Source: Fibrobacteria bacterium (GTDB lineage Bacteria > Fibrobacterota > Fibrobacteria > UBA11236). From it: a stretch of DNA of 64,000 nucleotides. The position numbers and the translations under genes are program-made. The DNA lies in assembly GCA_041746255.1 (NCBI GenBank), contig JBGTHM010000097.1, forward strand, positions 1-64,000, written 5' to 3'. Positions within the stretch are counted from its first letter, which is position 1; every line of letters starts with the position of its first letter. The notes below the pieces were generated by a model that saw nothing but the letters and a program-made list of their open reading frames with translations, did not search any database and was not told the DNA's origin. Shown piece after piece: positions 56,815 through 64,000 of this stretch.

Positions 56815-59069
56815 GGGCTTAAGACGGGTTGGAGGGGAGTGGTCTCGATTTTGGGATTGATGGGTATAAAGATAATGGGTTTAGTCGTGTCGTAAATTTC
56901 TTTAACGGCGGTCGCATTCAAAGTGCGATTATAGAAGCGAACTTCGTCAATCGCACCCTTCCAATAGGATCCTCCTAAAAACCCGAGGGTAATATTGGAA
57001 AGATCGCCCGTCAGCGTACCGGTATGGGGCGTACTAGACTGAAGAACACCATTCAAATAAGCGCGAATGGTAATTCCATCATACGTACCGGCAAAGTGAA
57101 CCCAACTTGTAGTGGATACAGCCGCTTTGGCGCTATTGGTGGTCGGTACGCTTATCGCCATTCCCACCGAAGCACCATCCATGAAGATGCCGATGCCGGG
57201 CGTCCGGATGAAGTATCTGAGGCCGGTGGGACTTTCAGGCAACTTGACCCAAAGCGACACCGTGAGATTTTTTCCGGTGGGAAAAGCCGCTTTGCCCAGT
57301 GTGCGGGCGGAATCGTTGATGCCATCGAAATTGAGCGCCCTGGAGGCGGTGCCCCACCTGTCCGCCACGAAAGTCGCTCCGCTTATCGTCAAATGATTGG
57401 CGTTGATACCGGCGTCCAGGCCATTGCCATCGAATTTATACCAGGAAACGGGACCGAGTATGACGGCAACTGAGGCAAGTCCAGTAGCGGACCAGTTACC
57501 CACCGAATCTCTCTCCTGCACATAGAGTGTGTGCACGCTGTCGGGAAGGTCTTTGGTCGGGGAAAATTCCTTCGCAGTCGTTTCCGTGGCGCCGGTCACG
57601 AGTACCGAATCGTTGAGTTTGTACCGGAAGGTACCGTTTCCGCCACCCCCCGAAGTCCAGGACCATATCGGCCGGGCGATGTTGGTAACGGAGGGGGCCG
57701 TAACCACCGGTTTCGAAGGAGGAATATCGTCGATGCGCGTCAGGTTAAGGGTATAAGTTCGCTTTGCCGTGCCATTTGCGGCGGTTAATTCGATTTCGAT
57801 CTTATTCAAACCCATTTGCAAATCAATCGGAGCAGAGGATTCGCCCGGGGAGACGACCGCGCCTTTAACGGTTATGGTGGCGGAGGAATCTCGTGGAGAT
57901 ACGGAGATCACGATACGGTTTTTAAGCGACTTCTCCATTGTGCCTGGATTAACAAAAACCGTCGCTTCGGTGATAGTCTCTCCCACCTCCACTTGGTAGG
58001 ACAAAGAATCAGGGTGAAAAGCCGGGGTAGTGGTCTCAGACAATTCCAGCGTATCCAAGGCGGCGTCGTCAGAAAGGCGTAATACGTTTATATCATAATT
58101 CCGGATTTGTCCATTTTCAGCTTTTACTTCAACCTTGATGGGAACCTGGCTTTGGCCCGCAGGTAGCGCAACGATATGGGAGGCGCCCGACTCCACGATG
58201 ATACCGTTAATCTTTAATTCGGCACTGGATTCAGCGACATCGGCGGATACGCCAATTTGACTTTCCGTCAAGGGAAGGATAACCGAATACTTCAGCGTAT
58301 CGGGGGAGAACGCCGGTTCCAAAACACCCGAGGATACCTGCAGTCCCACCAAAGCATTGTTCTGGGCAGCATCAAGCCGCACCACTCCCACCTCATACGT
58401 CGAGGATGCCATTTTCTCGGCGGCTACTTCGATGAGCAATACCGTAACTCCCAGGGTCAAGGGCATGGGGTCGCTGTCTTTGTCCGAAGCCAATTCCTTC
58501 CCGTTCAATTTAAGAGTTCTACCGGCGTTGGCTTTCGCTTTTACCGTAGTCGTGCCCGCACCGATGGAAGCTTTACAGGCATAAGACTTGATTGCCGGAT
58601 TGAATGCCGGCACCAGATCGCAGGCGGAAATCGACAGAGCAGAAAGGGCCGCAATCTCGGTTTGAGTGGTGTCACCCGGAACCGGAGCGTCCGGATCCTT
58701 GACCAACACCACGGTGTCGTTTTTACCCGATTTGCCGTCGTAGACTCTGTCTTCGATTTTAACCGCTTCGCCGTTTTTGAATCCTGTAATGACTACGTGG
58801 ATTTTACCGCCATCGTATTCTTGGGCGGGAAGTTTCTTTAGATCGTCAACCGATTCGACCGGCCCATGAAAGAGAGTCTTGATTAGCTTTCCGTCGCCAT
58901 CTCTCAACTCCACCCGAAGACTGTCATATTCCAGCCAGGACTCATCAATCCGGACTTCCATAAACGTATCACCCTCGTCGGCGACCCGGCAGGAGGAGAT
59001 AAAGGCGACCATCGCAAAGGCCAGGCATATAAGCAGCAGAATCGGATGTTTAATCGATGGGAACGACAT
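56811..59069 (-). CDS. Large surface lipoprotein: cadherin-like beta-sandwich repeats, Ig-like and LamG domains
   Basis: Lipobox ISSC; three PAFxP...Y repeats; SWYKFDG...WVHFAGTYDG...IDEVRFYNR. Confidence 0.85.
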   Translation of the reverse strand: MSFPSIKHPILLLICLAFAMVAFISSCRVADEGDTFMEVRIDESWLEYDSLRVELRDGDGKLIKTLFHGPVESVDDLKKLPAQEYDGGKIHVVITGFKNGEAVKIEDRVYDGKSGKNDTVVLVKDPDAPVPGDTTQTEIAALSALSISACDLVPAFNPAIKSYACKASIGAGTTTVKAKANAGRTLKLNGKELASDKDSDPMPLTLGVTVLLIEVAAEKMASSTYEVGVVRLDAAQNNALVGLQVSSGVLEPAFSPDTLKYSVILPLTESQIGVSADVAESSAELKINGIIVESGASHIVALPAGQSQVPIKVEVKAENGQIRNYDINVLRLSDDAALDTLELSETTTPAFHPDSLSYQVEVGETITEATVFVNPGTMEKSLKNRIVISVSPRDSSATITVKGAVVSPGESSAPIDLQMGLNKIEIELTAANGTAKRTYTLNLTRIDDIPPSKPVVTAPSVTNIARPIWSWTSGGGGNGTFRYKLNDSVLVTGATETTAKEFSPTKDLPDSVHTLYVQERDSVGNWSATGLASVAVILGPVSWYKFDGNGLDAGINANHLTISGATFVADRWGTASRALNFDGINDSARTLGKAAFPTGKNLTVSLWVKLPESPTGLRYFIRTPGIGIFMDGASVGMAISVPTTNSAKAAVSTTSWVHFAGTYDGITIRAYLNGVLQSSTPHTGTLTGDLSNITLGFLGGSYWKGAIDEVRFYNRTLNATAVKEIYDTTKPIIFIPINPKIETTPLQPVLSP

Positions 59070-59667
59070 GGATTTTGTCCTCCGGTTCCGGTTCGGTGGA
59101 AAGCAAATAGGCGGTGACTCCGGCGGTTACCAAGGCGGCGCTGCCGGCGATCCAATAATATTTGGCGTTGGAGTTTTTTTCGCTGGTGCCGGGGGTATTA
59201 TCGATGGAGCCGGATGGTTTTTCCGAAGCAGCTTGGGTAGTGGAAACGGGCTTGGGTTCAGGTGCTCCTGAGATTTCGTCGTCCGCAGCCTGGCGAAGCG
59301 AGAACTCCTTGCGAACTCGATCGAATATCCGGTAGATTTCGTCGCTGACATACATATCCACCAATTCGGCCGAAGGCATCATCCGCAAAAGGTCGTGCAT
59401 ATACTTTTGACCCAATTCCCGTGTGGCCGGATTGGCGGTGTAGACTACCGAAAGGTGTTTCGCGATAACGATGCTGTCCTGCCGCGAATAACTCGAGTTT
59501 GCTTTCTGGAAATCCTGGATAATCCGAATGACTTCCTCGAAATTTCCTTCATTATATTGCAATCGCAGTTTTTCATGAGGGAGTGCGCCGGAAACCGGTG
59601 ATTGGCATAGAACCGGCGAAAAAAATCCCAGCAGCACCAACATGGTCAATGCAGAAAATCGAACCAT
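59050..59667 (-). CDS. Hypothetical helical (TPR-like) secreted protein with C-terminal hydrophobic segment
   Basis: Signal peptide; YYWIAGSAALVTAGVTAYLL; paralog of 20456..21070. Confidence 0.75.
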   Translation of the reverse strand: MVRFSALTMLVLLGFFSPVLCQSPVSGALPHEKLRLQYNEGNFEEVIRIIQDFQKANSSYSRQDSIVIAKHLSVVYTANPATRELGQKYMHDLLRMMPSAELVDMYVSDEIYRIFDRVRKEFSLRQAADDEISGAPEPKPVSTTQAASEKPSGSIDNTPGTSEKNSNAKYYWIAGSAALVTAGVTAYLLSTEPEPEDKIHVVPID

Positions 59668-59813
59668 CGTAACCCTTTCGTGGTTAGGCCAAAATCTAGA
59701 TTGTCTTCCTTACCTTCACAATGCCGCCCCAGGGTTTATCCCACTGAAGCCCCTAAAATGATTAATTTTCTAAGAAAAACGGCCTTCTCAAGATTCTCTA
59801 ATACAAAGGGAAG

Positions 59814-60560
59814 ATGTTTCCTTTAAAGGACGAAAACCCTACTCTCAATCCTTCGCTGACCACCTTTACCCTCATCGGGTTGAATATAGGGGCATGGGTG
59901 TTCTTGCAAGGTCTGGGAACCGAGGCCTCGCTGGCCAGTAGCGTATGTGAATACGGTGCCATTCCCGGTGAATTGTTAGGCACCGTGCAAAGCGGCACCC
60001 AAGTTCCCATTTCGGAGCGATACGCCTGCATTATCGAACCTGATCCCAAATGGCATACGCTGATAACCTCCATGTTCATGCATGGAGGATGGTTTCATAT
60101 CATCAGCAACATGTGGTTCCTTTTTATTTTCGGCGACAATGTCGAGGATTCGATGGGCCGTTTTCGTTTCCTGATTTTCTACCTACTCTGCGGATTGGCC
60201 GCCGTGGGCGCACAAATCCTTTTCAGCATGAACAGTCCATTGCCCATGGTGGGTGCTTCCGGAGCGATTGGAGGCGTGCTGGGAGGCTATCTGATACTCT
60301 ATCCACGCACTCCTGTTCACCTGTTGGTTTTCCTGGGTTTCTATATCACGCGCATTGCCGTACCCGCTTATGTCATGCTGGGCTATTGGTTTTTGCTACA
60401 GGTGATAGGAGCCGTTCCCACCGTGGGCGGGGAAACGGGAGGCGTGGCCTTTTGGGCACATATCGGAGGCTTTCTCGCGGGTGTAGTCCTTATATTTCCG
60501 TTTCGAAACCGTGAACGCATCGAAAGGCATCGCCGGAGCGTTGGGCCTACGGAGTGGTGA
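59814..60560 (+). CDS. Rhomboid-family intramembrane serine protease
   Basis: MFMHGG..H...NM, GASGA (catalytic Ser), AHIGGF (catalytic His). Confidence 0.93.
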   Translation: MFPLKDENPTLNPSLTTFTLIGLNIGAWVFLQGLGTEASLASSVCEYGAIPGELLGTVQSGTQVPISERYACIIEPDPKWHTLITSMFMHGGWFHIISNMWFLFIFGDNVEDSMGRFRFLIFYLLCGLAAVGAQILFSMNSPLPMVGASGAIGGVLGGYLILYPRTPVHLLVFLGFYITRIAVPAYVMLGYWFLLQVIGAVPTVGGETGGVAFWAHIGGFLAGVVLIFPFRNRERIERHRRSVGPTEW

Positions 60561-61677
60561 TTTTCCGTTCCGAATCGAATACCGGAGACTGCTTCCGGTG
60601 TGGCCCCATTTCCTCCGCCAAATAGCCCTCCAGGGTTTCCGCGCGTCCGGCCACGGTATGGTCCCGGACCGCCCTGGCGCGGGCCCGTTCCCCGATTTCC
60701 CGCCTTTGCGTTTCCCCCATGCCGTCGAGATATTCCAGGACTTCCTCGGCATCCCTGGCTACTATGATTTCCTCTCCGATGGAGAAGAATTCGTCGAGTC
60801 CCTCCCACCCGTCCGAAATGATGGGAACCCCGCAGGCCGCAGCCTCGAAAAGCCGGATGCCGGGAGAGTAACCTGTCTGTTTCCTAGGCTCCCGGGAAAC
60901 GTTCACCGCGAACCTGAGGGAGTTATAAAATCGATTCTGGGCTTCGGGTGGAAGGCTATCGATTCGTTCCACATTCTTGGGCCAAGGCAAATCCGCGGGG
61001 TATTGCGAGCCGGCTACAACCATCGAGAAGGAAGACCGCCGGCGCGCAGGTTCCACCAGTAACGTCTCCAACCTGGATTTACGGTCTTCGGCGTAATTCC
61101 CCCAATAACCCAGATCCCATCGCCATGCGGCCGGGTCGGGGTAATAGATATCCGGGTCGAAGCCGCAATAGAGCGGGCGTGCACGCGGGGATCCCATTTT
61201 GGTTTCCAGATAATCAAGAGTGGGGCCGCCCGTGACGGAAAGGTAAAGGGAAAATTCGCAAATCATGTAGGGATCTAAGTATTCGCAATCCCGACCCGCC
61301 AAGTGGGACAAAGTCGCGGAAGTATCGCTATCGTAAAAAGCCGTTACCCCTTTCGCCGTTTTCAGGACCCATGCCCCGACCGCAATTCCCTCGGGAACGA
61401 ACGAACCCACGATGACGGCATCTGCTCCGGCCACTTCGTCGGTAAAGCGCTCCCGTAAATCCTCCAAGCTTGCATAACGCTCCGCCTTCCCGGAGGGAGT
61501 ATTCGATAGGTCTTGGCTTGCCGCATACCCGGGATTGTCCCTCTCCAGATAAAGTATCTGGTGGCCGCGAGCGCACAAGCTCCGGATCAATCCCCGATAA
61601 TAAGTAACATGTCCGTTACCCAAGCGAGAGGTGAGGCTGAATCCCAGGATAACGATGTTCATCGGCTCCGGATTCAT
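60547..61677 (-). CDS. CgeB-like glycosyltransferase
   Basis: GNGHVTYYRGL...L.ARGH; GYSP..RLFEAAACG; start moved to ATG 61677, which overlaps the upstream stop. Confidence 0.88.
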   Translation of the reverse strand: MNPEPMNIVILGFSLTSRLGNGHVTYYRGLIRSLCARGHQILYLERDNPGYAASQDLSNTPSGKAERYASLEDLRERFTDEVAGADAVIVGSFVPEGIAVGAWVLKTAKGVTAFYDSDTSATLSHLAGRDCEYLDPYMICEFSLYLSVTGGPTLDYLETKMGSPRARPLYCGFDPDIYYPDPAAWRWDLGYWGNYAEDRKSRLETLLVEPARRRSSFSMVVAGSQYPADLPWPKNVERIDSLPPEAQNRFYNSLRFAVNVSREPRKQTGYSPGIRLFEAAACGVPIISDGWEGLDEFFSIGEEIIVARDAEEVLEYLDGMGETQRREIGERARARAVRDHTVAGRAETLEGYLAEEMGPHRKQSPVFDSERKITTP

Positions 61678-62777
61678 GAAATCACCTCTTCGGTCTGTCG
61701 GCTTTTCCGTATATTTCGGCATAGCGACGTGTATTCGGTGAGATAGGCCGACGCCATGTTGGCGGAATTGAAACAGCATGCTCTCTTTCGCGCCCGCGCA
61801 CCGAAGTGGATGCGCATTTCGTTTTCAGCCATCACACTTGCGATCGTATCGCGAAAGGCCTGAGGATCGCGCGGATTGGCATATAAGGCCGCATCCCCCC
61901 ATACTTCACGCAACCCGGGAATATCTCCCAAAACCAGTGCGCAACCCGATAAGGCCGCTTCGAGAATCGACAGTCCGAATGGTTCGTATAAAGCCGGAAA
62001 GGCGCAAATGGCCGCACGGGAAAATTGGTCGCGCATGTCCCGATGCGATAGCCAACCGAGGTATTCCACTTTGGAGTGGTAGTCGGCTGTTTCGTCCACC
62101 AAACCCTCCTCCCCGGCCAGCTTCACTTTCCAGGGGAGCCCTTCAGAGGCTTTTTCCAGGCAAGTGAAGTTTTCCGCGGGATCCCATATCCGTCCCGCCG
62201 ATAGAACGAATGGCTCTTTGATGCCGGGAGTGTATGCAACCGGATCGCGCCCATGGGGGATCACGCCGGCGCGCGGAAGAAATCCATAGTAATAAGCCAG
62301 CGCCTTGAGCATCCACAGCGTCGGCGCGATTACGGAGTCGGCTCCGGCAAGACCTCTCACCACCTCCAACCGATAACGGAACCATTCCCTGGGCGCATCG
62401 CAGCCATGCACGGCCCGCCACCAGGAGAGCACGCACGAATGACCGACCACAAGAACCGGTGCTTTCCACGCCAGTTTTCCCTGCACGAAATTGTTCAAAT
62501 GCACGATGTCGGGACGGTACTCCTCCTCCAAATGCAGGAGCCACTGATCGGCGTTTTCCACATCATTCCAGGGATGGTCCATCCACTCCAACTTATAATC
62601 GCTTTCACGAATCTCCAGTCCCTTGAGACGCGCGGCCTCCTGACTTTGCCGTAAGGAAAGGGGCCTGCCCATGGTGGCCAACACCACCTCCGTATCTCGC
62701 AACCCCAATCCCCGGATCAACTCCATGGCGTATGGCCATACGCCTCCGACGGTATCGGCCGTCATGAGCACCCTCAT
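61674..62777 (-). CDS. GT4-family glycosyltransferase
   Basis: MRVLMTADTVGGVW; YEPFGLSILEAA.SG. Confidence 0.9.
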   Translation of the reverse strand: MRVLMTADTVGGVWPYAMELIRGLGLRDTEVVLATMGRPLSLRQSQEAARLKGLEIRESDYKLEWMDHPWNDVENADQWLLHLEEEYRPDIVHLNNFVQGKLAWKAPVLVVGHSCVLSWWRAVHGCDAPREWFRYRLEVVRGLAGADSVIAPTLWMLKALAYYYGFLPRAGVIPHGRDPVAYTPGIKEPFVLSAGRIWDPAENFTCLEKASEGLPWKVKLAGEEGLVDETADYHSKVEYLGWLSHRDMRDQFSRAAICAFPALYEPFGLSILEAALSGCALVLGDIPGLREVWGDAALYANPRDPQAFRDTIASVMAENEMRIHFGARARKRACCFNSANMASAYLTEYTSLCRNIRKSRQTEEVIS

Positions 62778-62865
62778 GAAAGAAAATTCTCCGAGCAGAC
62801 ACATCCCTTCATTCCGAGACCTCCCATTCCCTCTCGTAGTCTTTCTTTAATCTTCCTCCCAACCA

Positions 62866-63954
62866 CTAAACGGAATATTGGATGTAAGCCTTCATGAATC
62901 CATCAGGCCTGTCCCGGGTCGCATCCAAAGCTTCTCCCAACCGCTCCAGCGGATAGCGATGCGTCAAGAGACTGAAAGGATCCAGGCGGCCGGCCGCCAC
63001 CGCCGCCGTAGCTTGACGCATTCCGTTGACGTAGATTTTTTCATCACGTTCATGAGCGTTGATTACCTCGAATCCGCGTCGATTCCACATTTGCATATTG
63101 ACCAGGCGGACCCCATCCTGGTGGTATCCGGCGATTACGAGGCGTCCCCTTGCACCCGTCAACTCGGCCGCCAGACTAAGCGTGTTTTGCTGTCCCGCGG
63201 CTTCGAAAGTCACATCGCATAACCGGCTTCCTGAGTCTTTTTTTATTTTTTCGATGATTTCGACGGGATTTTCGTAGGAAAAGGTTTCCGCCGCCCCCAT
63301 GCGTAGGGCTATTTTCCGGGCGAAAGCGCGGCGGGTTACGGCGATCACGCGTGCGCCCGATCCGACCGCCAACTGTATTAACAACGCGCCTAAAAATCCT
63401 ACTCCTATGACGGCCACGGTATGCCCGGGACGGATTCCGCTCCGCGAAAAAACATTCATGGCACAGCCCAGAGCTTCCCCTGGAAACGGATGATCCTGTA
63501 GATGCTCCGGCAGCTTCACCAGGTTCCGTGCGGGCGCCATATCGTATTGCGCATACGCATGTTGCGAGAGTAGCGCCACCCTTTCGCCCGGTAGGAATCC
63601 CGCCGCGCCCGGCCCCAGCGATTCAACTATCCCCCAACCTTCATGACCCAAGGCGCCCGGCCCCAAGGGATATCGAAACCGCGATTTACCCTGCCAGGGC
63701 CCTAGATTGGATGCACAAACCCCGCAACCTTGCAGCCGCACGAGCACTTGACCAACACCGGGGCGGGGAATGGCTACCCGTTTGAACGAAAATTTTCCCG
63801 GCTTACACAAAACCGCTGCGACCATCATCCGACGTCGACGTCTGGTCACGGGGGACGTCACTTCCGAAGGCTTACGGATGGATCCGAATCCCGTTGCGAA
63901 AGAAGCAGCGGGAGAGACCACTTTCTCCCGGATTTCCGTGATTTTAGTCATCAT
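62866..63954 (-). CDS. Zinc-binding (MDR) dehydrogenase
   Basis: CGVCASN, GHEGWG, GVGFLG Rossmann motif; the true start may be further downstream. Confidence 0.88.
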   Translation of the reverse strand: MMTKITEIREKVVSPAASFATGFGSIRKPSEVTSPVTRRRRRMMVAAVLCKPGKFSFKRVAIPRPGVGQVLVRLQGCGVCASNLGPWQGKSRFRYPLGPGALGHEGWGIVESLGPGAAGFLPGERVALLSQHAYAQYDMAPARNLVKLPEHLQDHPFPGEALGCAMNVFSRSGIRPGHTVAVIGVGFLGALLIQLAVGSGARVIAVTRRAFARKIALRMGAAETFSYENPVEIIEKIKKDSGSRLCDVTFEAAGQQNTLSLAAELTGARGRLVIAGYHQDGVRLVNMQMWNRRGFEVINAHERDEKIYVNGMRQATAAVAAGRLDPFSLLTHRYPLERLGEALDATRDRPDGFMKAYIQYSV

Positions 63955-64000
63955 ACCACCGCCTGTGTGGGAAAATTCGACTATATGGTTTTTTCTGCGG

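Noticed and set aside
60547..63954. CgeB-like GT, GT4 and MDR dehydrogenase cluster as a novel system
   Set aside because: Matches a widespread conserved cluster and is cut by the window edge; nothing distinctive visible.
1..64000. CRISPR arrays, tRNA/rRNA genes, prophage, retron or other defence systems
   Set aside because: No regularly spaced repeats, structural RNA signatures, or RT/Cas/phage motifs seen by eye; small RNAs could have been missed.

Overview
Gene-dense 64 kb bacterial chromosomal window, most likely from a Fibrobacterota-like organism (inferred from two TIGR02147-type genes and many secreted CAZymes with short basic T9SS-like tails). Contents in order: the right end of an IS3-family element inserted into a secreted-protein gene; an orphan T6SS-type module (vgrG divergent from a putative effector plus MORN-repeat immunity gene); an ECF sigma/FecR-PEGA-TPR anti-sigma module; scattered secreted enzymes (sulfatase, GSDH-like, beta-helix+CBM5/12, GH39-like, two nucleoside-hydrolase-like paralogs); housekeeping genes (DTW-domain, dbpA, PYROXD2-like oxidoreductase with an apparent ATT start); a ~21 kb divergent polysaccharide-utilisation region with no SusC/SusD (PL8, two PL14-like lyases, GH3, DUF2264, HAD, EamA, unknown outer-membrane barrel, two CBM11-like proteins, SSS transporter, beta-helix enzyme, tandem-GntR regulator); two two-gene lipoprotein modules that each occur twice; a rhomboid protease and the start of a glycosyltransferase cluster. 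Most notable: the SusCD-independent PUL, a repeated helical-partner plus lipoprotein module sharing an N-terminal domain, and a CRP/FNR-type box at near-identical spacing before vgrG, the effector and a TPR-like gene 52 kb away. All family calls come from motifs recognised by eye; no searches were run.
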